Below, piece after piece: positions 21,801 through 29,657 of a DNA stretch of 64,000 nt (its first letter is position 1; each line of letters opens with the position of its first letter). A model generated the notes under the pieces. That model saw only the letters and a program-made list of their open reading frames with translations, made no database searches and had not been told where the DNA came from. Source of the DNA: Candidatus Hydrogenedentota bacterium (lineage in GTDB: Bacteria; Hydrogenedentota; Hydrogenedentia; Hydrogenedentales; SLHB01); assembly GCA_963674865.2 (NCBI GenBank), contig CAXXYE010000002.1, forward strand, positions 64,001 to 128,000, written 5' to 3'. A program made the position numbers and the translations under genes.

Positions 21801-22053
21801 GGAATTGAAGAAGGCTATCGATCCTGGTTCGACGAATGGCCAGATCGAGGCCCTGCTCGAGCGGATTCATCCGTATAGCGATGGGGTGAAGCTGATGGGC
21901 GCGGGAGGAGGGGGATTCCTGCTGATCGTCTGCAAGTCGGCGGGAGATGCGGCGGCGCTTGAGGCCGACTTGGAGGCGAATCCGCCCAATGCGCGGGCGC
22001 GTTTCTTCGACTTCAACGTGAGTCCGCAAGGGCTGGTTGTGACGGTCTGCTGA
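18868..22053 (+). CDS. bifunctional L-fucokinase / L-fucose-1-phosphate guanylyltransferase (Fkp/FKGP-like)
   Basis: N-terminal DPGGRRVGSGG, HAGGDSRRLP, FLQKPS, FLHFGT; C-terminal GHMP kinase ARLDLGGGWSDTPP, PGGSGLGTSS, GGGWQDQ, GAGGGGF; start placed at MYQSTAPW. Confidence 0.88.
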   Translation: MYQSTAPWDYLVITASNDAQAAAYEGQIRLRRELGFLSGAREVLVVADPGGRRVGSGGSTIYCLMTILNRELSGAAGEASRREDWEKLLRRLRILIVHAGGDSRRLPVYGPCGKVFIPVPGESDAGLCMTLFDRQLPTYLALPPARAGEGEVVITSGDVLLGFDPAQVRFRPEGLTGLGCYADPEEASRHGVFCSGGEGEVRLFLQKPSASDQEETGAMDRYGRSILDIGVMRFDAATAGAFLALCGAAPDEAGRLVWTGGIGGRMAEHGLDFYREICCALGTEATAAHHAADARKSGATWGDDELARIHEGLAGIPFHVDVLGHCSFLHFGTLQQIVASGLDLLRGDRGGGAPPECLSVNNEIAGEGRLDGKRVWVEGCRIGSELQLGGGNVVVGLDVEGPLTVPAEACVDVLSGKGRGEEAVWFFRCYHARDDLKGSGPQGGTIWRVPVADLPSFAEAEDNEIWPLDIPREERGIWNARLFPAMCEPGAYGEWWWLLTPGEAKAEDWAAWRAAERYSLAEIAELTDQEAFHARRAAIRGAAVLESLPIMLRPESELSSHEVAYLMARDVDNAAWLARLMREACRYHVGEARAPGVEGLGFSRVIHMAGAVAERLERERPGWLGRAAQAAADALSVAEREWLDSVGLAFDKAKDAESWAAHAKELAFQHLGATIASSAAALLEPPRNALRQDEIVWGRAPARLDLGGGWSDTPPYCLERGGCVINAAVDLNGQPPIQAYARVIEEPVIRLGSIDFGKRLEITELAQLLDYRHAGSEFSLPKAALAISGFSHEAAPWPAGAGLRDMLEAFGGGIELTTLAAIPGGSGLGTSSIMGAVVLAVVQRIMGETLSQRGLFHGVLRLEQALTTGGGWQDQIGGAVGGVKIITTEPGLVPDPRIHFVPGDVLDPAANGGCTRLYYTGITRLAKNILQNVVGRYLDRDRAALEIMGRIHGFPARVSDAMARKDRQAFGQALAEAWELKKAIDPGSTNGQIEALLERIHPYSDGVKLMGAGGGGFLLIVCKSAGDAAALEADLEANPPNARARFFDFNVSPQGLVVTVC

Positions 22054-22174
22054 GGTCGGCTGAACGCGGAGTCGCAGAGCACGCTGAGGGCCGCAGAGGA
22101 GAGGCCACGTGTAGCGCAAACCGGGGGTTTGGTGAGCGTTGACTTGACTCGGAAGGCCGACAAGACGCGTTGTG

Positions 22175-23074
22175 TCACAGGGGGCGGTGTTTGCGCCAGA
22201 GGAGGCGGAGGCGGGGGAAGAGGGCGGGGAGGTAGCCGTTGAGGAGGCGGACGCGGAGCCATTCTATGGGCCAGAGGAGGCCGGCGTGGCGTTTGGCGAA
22301 CACCATCCATTCGCGGGCGGGATGGCAGGGGCTGGTGGGGGTGGATAGGAGTTGGAAGCGTTTCCGGAGGGGCAGTTGGGGGTCGCGGTAGGAACTGCGC
22401 AGGGGGTGGAAGGCGCAGGCGCCCAGGTATCCCGGGGCGATCCAGCAGGTGTATCCGGCCGCTTGGGCGCGGAAGCCGTAGTCGGCGTCTCCCATGGAGT
22501 GGGTGAAGGCGTTGCTGAGGTTGCCCACGTCGCGGGCGATGTCGCGGGGGACGAGGACGAGGTTGCCGGCGAGCACGTCGCAGGGCTGGGATTCGTCGGT
22601 AGGCGGCACGCGGCGGAAGCGGAGCGGCGCCCACCCGTAGGGGCGTATCCGGCCGCCGTAGGTGTGCCGGCCTGTCTCGGGATCGCGGAGCGAGCCGACG
22701 ATGATGCCGGCGCGTCCGGTGTGCTGGCGTGCGGTTTGCGCCGCGTCAAGCAGCGTGCGGATGGCTTCGGGAAATAGCTTCACGTCGTCATTGAGCCACA
22801 CGTAGTGGTCGTGATCGGCCTTGATGGCCTCGTCGAAGGCGAGGCGCATGCCGCCGCACCAGTAGAGGCCGCCGTCGCCGCGCAGGATGTTGACTTCGGG
22901 AAACCGAGCCGCGACTTCTTGGGGCGTGCCGTCGGTGCAGCCGTCGTCCACAACGTATACCTGCACGCGGACGTGCTCGGGGAGGTCCTGAGCCATGAGC
23001 GCGTCGAGGCAGGCGAGGGTGGTGTCGCGCCGGTTGTGGCACGTTATCAGGACGGCTATGGATACGGTGTCCAA
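22175..23074 (-). CDS. glycosyltransferase family 2
   Basis: TCHNRRD, VDDGCTDGT, YWCGGM, WLNDD, DADYG. Confidence 0.9.
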   Translation of the reverse strand: MDTVSIAVLITCHNRRDTTLACLDALMAQDLPEHVRVQVYVVDDGCTDGTPQEVAARFPEVNILRGDGGLYWCGGMRLAFDEAIKADHDHYVWLNDDVKLFPEAIRTLLDAAQTARQHTGRAGIIVGSLRDPETGRHTYGGRIRPYGWAPLRFRRVPPTDESQPCDVLAGNLVLVPRDIARDVGNLSNAFTHSMGDADYGFRAQAAGYTCWIAPGYLGACAFHPLRSSYRDPQLPLRKRFQLLSTPTSPCHPAREWMVFAKRHAGLLWPIEWLRVRLLNGYLPALFPRLRLLWRKHRPL

Positions 23075-23081
23075 AGACGAA

Positions 23082-24002
23082 TCACCTCTCGTGCGTTGCG
23101 CCCGGCGGGCAATGGCGGCGTTTGCGGTGGCAGTGGAGCCACAGTCGTGGGCAGCAGGTTCGCATAGCGAGTCCAGCGAGCGCGATGGCCCAGAGTATTG
23201 GCCAGCGGAAGCCGCAGTGGCGCCTGATGAAGCGCATCTTCTCGCCGATGGGCATGAGGGCCGTCCGGCTCGACATCATATCGAGCCGCTCGGCGATGGG
23301 GAGGTCGGCATCCCGAATGGAGCCGGTGACAGTATGTGATGCGCAGGCGCCTGCGTAGCCAGGCATGATCCAGCAGGTGTAGCCGCATTCGCGTGCGCGC
23401 AGGCCGTAGTCGTAGTCGGCGATTCCGTGGGTGTAATCGGGGCTGAGATTGCCGACGGCGGCGATGATTTCGCGGGGGATCAGGAGGAAGTTGCCGTTCG
23501 TCGTGTCGCAGGGCAGGGGCTGATCGCCGGGCGTGACGATGGCTGGGCCGAGGGGCGCCCAGGGGTTTTTCCAGACTCGGCCGCCGTAGTTGAGTTCGCC
23601 TGTCTCGGGGTCGCGCGTTGAGCCGGCGAGGATGACGGGATGACCCTCGCGCTCTTGCAGCATGCCGGCGCAGTCAAGGGCCGTTCGCAGGGCTTCGGGG
23701 AAAAGGAAGGTGTCGTCGTTGAGCCACAGGTGGTAGTCGTGGTCTTGCTCGACGGCGGCGTCGAAAGCGCGCCGCATGCCGCCGCACCAGTAGAGCGAGC
23801 CGTCGCCTCTGAGTAATGCCGCGTCGGGATAGCGGGCGGCGATGGCCTCGCCGGTGCCGTCGGTGGAGCCGTCGTCGACGATGTACAGGTGAAGGGAGAC
23901 GTCATCAACGGAATTCTGAGCCATGAGTGCGTCGAGGCAGGCGAGGGTGGTGTCGCGCCGGTTGTGGCACGTCATCAGGACGGCAATGGAGGTCTCAGCC
24001 AC
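23082..24002 (-). CDS. glycosyltransferase family 2 (tandem paralogue of 22175-23074)
   Basis: TCHNRRD, VDDGSTDGT, YWCGGM, WLNDD, DYDYG. Confidence 0.9.
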   Translation of the reverse strand: MAETSIAVLMTCHNRRDTTLACLDALMAQNSVDDVSLHLYIVDDGSTDGTGEAIAARYPDAALLRGDGSLYWCGGMRRAFDAAVEQDHDYHLWLNDDTFLFPEALRTALDCAGMLQEREGHPVILAGSTRDPETGELNYGGRVWKNPWAPLGPAIVTPGDQPLPCDTTNGNFLLIPREIIAAVGNLSPDYTHGIADYDYGLRARECGYTCWIMPGYAGACASHTVTGSIRDADLPIAERLDMMSSRTALMPIGEKMRFIRRHCGFRWPILWAIALAGLAMRTCCPRLWLHCHRKRRHCPPGATHER

Positions 24003-24074
24003 GGAATATCAACCTTTCAACGCGCCGGGCGAGGAAAGCCGGGACAGGCACGTCTCCGCTTCGCTTGCATCAGT

Positions 24075-24225
24075 GGAGCCGTTGAAGAAGTCCGGGGTTG
24101 CTGCACGCAGGCCGCGAAAGGACTTGGGACAGTCCCGTCTGCGTCCGCCCGCGGCGGACTCCGCTAGGGACAGTCCCGGTCTTTCGCTCAACCTCTGGGG
24201 CGAATGCGACTTTTTCAACAGCTCC
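24075..24225. mobile_element. 151-bp MITE, copy 1, inserted in the right arm of a REP-like element
   Basis: TIRs GGAGCCGTTGAAGAAGTC / GACTTTTTCAACAGCTCC; direct repeat TCAGT at 24070-24074 and 24226-24230; near-identical to 44058-44208. Confidence 0.88.
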
Positions 24226-24309
24226 TCAGTCCCCGTCTTCCGCTTCGTCTCAGCCTTTTCTTGGTCTGGCATGGACAAGTTCAATTGTCACTCATTGCCA
24301 CCAGAACGT

Positions 24310-25272
24310 TTACCACTGTACCAGCGTCCATTTGCCTTGCCTCGCGTCGAACTCGCAAGCCGTGCGGGGGCGGATGAGGCCAAGCCTGCTGAGCATTCGC
24401 CGTGTCTTTCCCGAGGAGGCCACGAGGAAGCGTGCGAACGCCTCGGCTTTGCCGGTTATGCGGCCCCCGTGCTGTTTGAGGGCCGCTTGAGCTTCTTCAA
24501 TGTAGGCCTTCATCTGGACGGCGGTTTTCTGATCGCCGTGCAGGCGAAATCCCGCGAGGGGCGCGCGGACGCCGATCAAATCGGTGTGCTGGTAGAAACG
24601 CGCCCACAGGTCGAAGTCGCCTGCGAGGCTCAGGGAGGCATTGAGGTATCCGCCAGCGCGTTCCCACAGGGAGCGGCGCCAGAAGGTCGATTCCTGTTGA
24701 ATCCATCCCGAGTTGCGGCGCCCGGGCGAGTTCAGGTGCTCGCCACGGAAGAACCCGCCGCGGGTGAATCCGTGGGATTGGCGGCAGTGGACGGCGCGGC
24801 CCTCTTTGTCCCATTGCATGGGGAAGAGCGTGGTAATCCACTCCACCTGCGGCAGTGTGGCGAAGATCTCGGCCACGACGGCAAACGCCCAGGGGGTGTA
24901 CATGTCGTCGGAGTTGAGCCAGGCCATGATCTCGCCGGAAGTCTGGGCGAAGCCTTTGTTCAGGGCGTCGTATTGCCCGTTGTCCGGCTCACTCGTCCAA
25001 TGGGTCAGTCGCGATTCATACTTGCGGATGATGTCTACGGTTCCGTCTTTCGAGCCGCCGTCGATAATGATGTACTCGAGGTCTGCGTAGTTCTGGTCGA
25101 CGACGGAGCGGATGGCCTGTTCGATGTAGGCGGCCTGTTGGTAGGATGGCGTGACAATGCTGATGCGGGGGCGGTGGCACTCATTTGTGGTTTCAGATGA
25201 ACCGGGCCGTGGGATATCACCTGGACGGGCTGCTGCCGGCATTCCCATTGCGTCGCCCCCGTCGGTTTTCAT
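24310..25272 (-). CDS. glycosyltransferase family 2 (WcaE-like)
   Basis: ISIVTPSYQ, IDGGSKDGT, SEPDNGQYDALNKG, AWLNSDD, QESTFWRR, DFDLW. Confidence 0.9.
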   Translation of the reverse strand: MKTDGGDAMGMPAAARPGDIPRPGSSETTNECHRPRISIVTPSYQQAAYIEQAIRSVVDQNYADLEYIIIDGGSKDGTVDIIRKYESRLTHWTSEPDNGQYDALNKGFAQTSGEIMAWLNSDDMYTPWAFAVVAEIFATLPQVEWITTLFPMQWDKEGRAVHCRQSHGFTRGGFFRGEHLNSPGRRNSGWIQQESTFWRRSLWERAGGYLNASLSLAGDFDLWARFYQHTDLIGVRAPLAGFRLHGDQKTAVQMKAYIEEAQAALKQHGGRITGKAEAFARFLVASSGKTRRMLSRLGLIRPRTACEFDARQGKWTLVQW

Positions 25273-26126
25273 GGCTTGTCCTCGGTATGCGGGCCAACGG
25301 GAGCCGAGTCTTTCGGGTTCTCTCCCCTGTTCTTTGCGAAAAGGGCGTCCATTGTGTGTCTCTGCTCAGGGGTCGCGTAGGAATGGTACTTGCGAAAGGG
25401 GCCGTTCTCGCGAACGAAGGCCAAGTCGATCTGCGCGAGGGCGCCATCCAGAGGGCGGCAACTGGCGCCGAAGACATCATAGACGACAAAGCCTCGTTCC
25501 TTCATAAACGCCACACAGTCGTAGAGCTGCGGCCCGCCTTTGAAGAACTGAAACAGCGACGTCTCCATCGCTACAAAGTCGGTGTCCGCCAACGTCTCCT
25601 CGGCGCCGCGAAGGGCTTCGAGTTCGGCTCCCTGGGTATCGAGCTTGATAAGAAAAGGGCCTTGCGCGTTACGTTCGGCGCAGATGGTATCGATAGTCAG
25701 GCCGGGGACGGTCCTGGTCACATCATTGAGGTCTGAGCCTTCATCCTCACGGTAAAGGGTGGAGCCAACAAGATCCTTGTGCACGTGAATGGCCACGTCT
25801 TTCGGCGTGCTCGTGGCGGCAGCCAGCACATACTCGGCATCTTGGAGGCGGCGCACGATGCTCTCGAGTGCTTCGGTGTTCTCGGCCAACGGCTCGACAA
25901 GTATGTGTTTGGCCTCAGGGAAGGTCTCGTACAATGCTTCTGTCCCTGTCGCAACGCCAATATCCAGCACCGTGCGAGGCCGAAGGCCGTTGCGCGCCGC
26001 GGCGCGCAGACAGTCTTCGAGTGACTCGCTCGGAGCGCGCCCGCAGGTGTTCTTCCTGAGCTTGATATCGACCCCGAGGTGGGCGAGCGTTTTTCGGATA
26101 CGGGATTTCAGGCTACGTGCGGCCAT
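25269..26126 (-). CDS. FkbM-family methyltransferase
   Basis: VLDIGVATG, VEP, IKLDTQGAELEALRG, QIDLAF. Confidence 0.88.
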   Translation of the reverse strand: MAARSLKSRIRKTLAHLGVDIKLRKNTCGRAPSESLEDCLRAAARNGLRPRTVLDIGVATGTEALYETFPEAKHILVEPLAENTEALESIVRRLQDAEYVLAAATSTPKDVAIHVHKDLVGSTLYREDEGSDLNDVTRTVPGLTIDTICAERNAQGPFLIKLDTQGAELEALRGAEETLADTDFVAMETSLFQFFKGGPQLYDCVAFMKERGFVVYDVFGASCRPLDGALAQIDLAFVRENGPFRKYHSYATPEQRHTMDALFAKNRGENPKDSAPVGPHTEDKP

Positions 26127-26200
26127 TCGCTGAACAGCTCTCCCGTGCGGCCAACGCGGTTGCGTTGGCGCGGTGATTAGGATGCGCCAAGGACACGTGA

Positions 26201-27109
26201 TTAGAACAGTGTTCGGTAGTCAACTCTGGGAAACACCTCCAGTTGGCCGCCTACCGTGGCGTTAAGAACTCTGACGCCCAAGGTATCGCAAACGGTCTTG
26301 GCCTGCTGGTAGTGGAAGATCATGCGCTCAACATGGGGTTCATGCCACTTCGATCCCGTGCCGAAGTAGTGCGGGTCGAAGTGGTTCATGTCGTCGTTAG
26401 CCGTAGAGAGAAGCCCATCCGGGTTGCTGCAATCCCGCCTGACGGTTTGGGACACGTTGTACGAAGTATCGCACCCGATAAGGTAAATGGGATTGAAGCC
26501 CAAGTACACGGCCAACTGGAGGGCGGCCACGGTGACGGAGGCGACTTGAGACACCCAGGCCGACGCGTCGCGTGTGAAGAGCCGTTCCGGGCGTGCGTCC
26601 ATGCCTCGCCATGCCTCTTTGTACCAGTAAATGTTGTCGCGAGACGTCAGAGTTCGTTCGACCCGGAAGTGAAGGGGGAAGAAGAATCCAGTCCGCGGGT
26701 ACTCCTGCGTCATGCTCATGATGGTTTCGGCAATGTCGGGGACGACGCGCACGTCGACGGCCACATAGAAGGATGGTCGCCAGTCAATCCTATCGAACAG
26801 CAGGTAGCACTTGTTCGTGCCCCAGACAAGTTCGTCTTTGAACAACGCCAAATCCATCTTGTTGAGGCTGGGCCCGTTCCCCATCACGAAGCACCGTTGT
26901 CCCGCGTAGCGGCCTCGCAAAGCGCGGAGTCTCATCTTCATCTGCCGGAGGTTCTTGTCCTCAAGGGAAAGGAGGCCCTTGGCCATAAGGGACTTGTACC
27001 TTGCGGGAGAGGCGAGGTTGTCGATGTAGCGGTAGATCTGAGAGCGCATCGGTTTTGGAAGCGTGCTCCGGTATAGGGAGAGTAGTCTATCCTTCATGCC
27101 CGTCAACAT
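26201..27109 (-). CDS. DUF115 / Maf-like (MptE-like) putative ulosonic-acid transferase
   Basis: CFVMGNGPSL, GTNK, ALQLAVYLGFNPIYLIGCD, NATVGG; start uncertain (27109, 27097 or 27202). Confidence 0.75.
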   Translation of the reverse strand: MLTGMKDRLLSLYRSTLPKPMRSQIYRYIDNLASPARYKSLMAKGLLSLEDKNLRQMKMRLRALRGRYAGQRCFVMGNGPSLNKMDLALFKDELVWGTNKCYLLFDRIDWRPSFYVAVDVRVVPDIAETIMSMTQEYPRTGFFFPLHFRVERTLTSRDNIYWYKEAWRGMDARPERLFTRDASAWVSQVASVTVAALQLAVYLGFNPIYLIGCDTSYNVSQTVRRDCSNPDGLLSTANDDMNHFDPHYFGTGSKWHEPHVERMIFHYQQAKTVCDTLGVRVLNATVGGQLEVFPRVDYRTLF

Positions 27110-27211
27110 ATGTCCTTCTGCCACACGCATGCCGGGCCAAGTCCGGCTCCGGTCGCGTTTGTTGCCGTCTACGAGGGCAGCCCGCCCGGGGACTGCGCCC
27201 AAGGCGTGGCT

Positions 27212-28189
27212 CTAGCGTTCCTCTGTTCCGACGTCCTCATGCGCACTATGCTTAGGGGGGGCGCCGTTCAAGACGCGGATGCAGTCCTCGGCGGCGCCGA
27301 GTTCCATCAGGTATCGTGAGGCGCGCGCCGAGGCGCCGATGTGTGCGGTGAGGACGACATTGTCCATGCGCGTCAAAGGCCCTTCGTAAGGTTCATTTTC
27401 AAACACGTCGAGGGCAGCGCCGCTGAGATGTTTCTGGCGTAGCGCGTCGATGAGGGCCGATTCGTCGACCACGCCGCCTCGGGAGGTATTGATGATGAGC
27501 GCGCCGGTTTTCATGCGTGCAATCCGGGCGCGGTCGATGAAATGGTAGTTCTCCTCGCACAATGGGATGTGGAGGGATACGACGTCGGAGCGGGCGAGTA
27601 GATCGTCGATGGGGCACCACTCGACGTTGGGTATGGCGCGGCCGTGGGCGGCGGGGTCGATGTCACTCGCAAGGATGGTGGGCTGGAAAGGCTGGAGCAA
27701 ATCGATGACGATGCCGCCGATCCGGCCAACGCCGATGATGCCGATGGTTACCTCGCGGACGAGGCGTCCCATGAAGCGGTTCCAGGCGTCCTCGCGCACG
27801 GAGCGATCGGACGCGTGGATATGGCGGAGCAGGTTGATTAGGTTGGCCAAGGTGAGTTCGGCCACTCCTTGCGAGGGCGCGTCGGGGGTGTACGTGACGG
27901 TAATGCCGCGTTTGCGGCAGTAGTCGAGGTCGACGCTGTCCAAGCCGATGCCAACGCGGCACACTGCCTTAAGGCGCTTGGCGTTGGCGAGGGTATCCTC
28001 CCGGTAGGGTTCGGTGCCGGCGATGACGGCGTCGACGTCCTGTATGTGGTCGCCCACCTCACCGGGCTTCAGGCGGCGGCGGTGGGGATTGAATATGACT
28101 TCCCAGCCGGTGGCCTCGAGAAGGTCGAGGGGCTTCCTTCCGGTGGTGCCGAAGGGAAAGGTTGCGATGAAGACGCGTTTACGCTCCAC
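27212..28189 (-). CDS. D-isomer-specific 2-hydroxyacid dehydrogenase (phosphoglycerate dehydrogenase-like)
   Basis: GIIGVGRIG, SLHIPL, INTSRGGVVDE, ALDVFENEP, TAHIG; no ACT domain. Confidence 0.9.
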   Translation of the reverse strand: MERKRVFIATFPFGTTGRKPLDLLEATGWEVIFNPHRRRLKPGEVGDHIQDVDAVIAGTEPYREDTLANAKRLKAVCRVGIGLDSVDLDYCRKRGITVTYTPDAPSQGVAELTLANLINLLRHIHASDRSVREDAWNRFMGRLVREVTIGIIGVGRIGGIVIDLLQPFQPTILASDIDPAAHGRAIPNVEWCPIDDLLARSDVVSLHIPLCEENYHFIDRARIARMKTGALIINTSRGGVVDESALIDALRQKHLSGAALDVFENEPYEGPLTRMDNVVLTAHIGASARASRYLMELGAAEDCIRVLNGAPPKHSAHEDVGTEER

Positions 28190-28191
28190 GA

Positions 28192-28878
28192 TTATTCCTC
28201 GATCCGCTGCGCATAAAGGGCCAGCAGTTCCGCGAGGCGGAAGGTGAACTCGTCGTCGATGTCGGTGGATTCGATAGTAGGCGTGGGAAACATCATGGGG
28301 TTCACGCCAATACGGCGTTGCTTCTTGGCGAAGGACTCCTTGCTGAAGATGTAAATGCAGGAGTTCTCTTCGTAGACGGGGTCGAGATCCTGGGTGCGGA
28401 TAAGGTTCTCGGGATCGTGGTTGATGGGTGTGCCGTCGGGGAGGTAGAAGCGGGATTGGTGTCGTGTGACGCTGAACAGCGAATCACAATTGTCTTGGTT
28501 CTCGACGAATGCCTTGAGGGCGTGGGCGATGGACTCCGAACTGAGCAGGGGATTGGTGGCATGGGTTTGGAGATAGATGTCGGCATCGGACTGGGTCAGG
28601 TCGTGCTCGATGACGCGGTTCATGCTGACGAAGTCACCGCGGATGGCCTCGGGGCGTTCAATGACGCGAACCTTCTGGGACAGGCCCGGCGCCTCGCTCA
28701 TGACTTGTTCGCTGTCGGTGTCGATGAGTATCTCATCGACGGCATAGGTGCGGTCGAGCGCGTGAAGGATGTGATGGTAGAGGGGTTTGCCGGAGAAATC
28801 GCGGAAGTTCTTGCCCTTCACGCGTTCGCTATGGCCCTTGATGGGGACGAGGGCCGCGACGGATTGACTATGAATCAT
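28192..28878 (-). CDS. acylneuraminate cytidylyltransferase family (CMP-ulosonate synthetase)
   Basis: PIKGHSERVKGKN, HATNPL, IRTQDL, ENSCIY, DIDDEF; ATG at 28878 overlaps the aldolase stop (ATGA). Confidence 0.88.
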   Translation of the reverse strand: MIHSQSVAALVPIKGHSERVKGKNFRDFSGKPLYHHILHALDRTYAVDEILIDTDSEQVMSEAPGLSQKVRVIERPEAIRGDFVSMNRVIEHDLTQSDADIYLQTHATNPLLSSESIAHALKAFVENQDNCDSLFSVTRHQSRFYLPDGTPINHDPENLIRTQDLDPVYEENSCIYIFSKESFAKKQRRIGVNPMMFPTPTIESTDIDDEFTFRLAELLALYAQRIEE

Positions 28879-29624
28879 GATTGGGTCCCTTTCGTGATCT
28901 CCCGTAGGCCCTGCCGACAGGCCGTTCCGAGCATGGTGATGTCGAGACTGTACGCGATCATGGAGAAGCCCTCGGCGATGCGTTCGAGCGCCTCGTCCGG
29001 GCGGGGCTGCACCACATGAACGCCCGCGCGGACGCCGTGGCGTCGGCATCCATCGAGGATGTCGGCCCGGGCCTTGAGATAGTCCGGGTGGTCGAATTGC
29101 GCCGTGATGCCCATGGATGCCGTGAGATCATAGGGGCCGATGAAGGCGGCGTCAATGCCGTCGACGGCGAGAATGGCGTCAAGGTCTTCGACGGCCCGGA
29201 TATGCTCGATTTGGACGCATACGAAGGTGTTCTCGTTGGCGGCGGCCATGTATTCGTCGAAGGCGAAGCCGTAGCCGTGGCTGCGGCCGTAGCCAACGCC
29301 GCGGTCGCCGATGGGGGGGTACTTGACGGAGCGGACGAGTTCGCGTGCCTCCGCCTCGGAATTGATGAGGGGCGCGATGACGCCCATTGCGCCCGCGTCG
29401 AGGTAGCGCTTTGTCTCGTCGTAGCGGTTGCCCGGGAGGCGCACCATAGGCACGCAGTCGGGATTGCCGGCTTTGATGGCCTGAAACATGGCCTGGGCCT
29501 GCGGCACATCGATCGCCGAGTGTTCGGCGTCGACGACGAGATAGTCGAAGCCGGCGGCGCTCATGATCTCGGCCACAATGGGACTGGCCGTGTTAATCCA
29601 ACTGCCTATGAGTGTTCGGTCCAT
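28875..29624 (-). CDS. HpcH/HpaI class II pyruvate aldolase family protein
   Basis: GFDYLVVDAEH, VRLP, KYPPIGDRG, QIE, FIGPYDL. Confidence 0.92.
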   Translation of the reverse strand: MDRTLIGSWINTASPIVAEIMSAAGFDYLVVDAEHSAIDVPQAQAMFQAIKAGNPDCVPMVRLPGNRYDETKRYLDAGAMGVIAPLINSEAEARELVRSVKYPPIGDRGVGYGRSHGYGFAFDEYMAAANENTFVCVQIEHIRAVEDLDAILAVDGIDAAFIGPYDLTASMGITAQFDHPDYLKARADILDGCRRHGVRAGVHVVQPRPDEALERIAEGFSMIAYSLDITMLGTACRQGLREITKGTQS

Positions 29625-29657
29625 TGCAGTGTGCTCCTGCCTAGCCGGTGGGCCAGA

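Noticed and set aside
23923..25200. 425-aa plus-strand ORF, and similar ORFs at 43624-44381 sharing peptides such as EPLKKSGVA...LGQSRLRPP
   Set aside because: The shared peptides are translations of the MITE; the rest is antisense to genuine genes.
27212..28189. Calling the dehydrogenase serA
   Set aside because: It lacks the regulatory C-terminal domains and sits in a glycan cluster, so a serine-biosynthesis role is unsupported.
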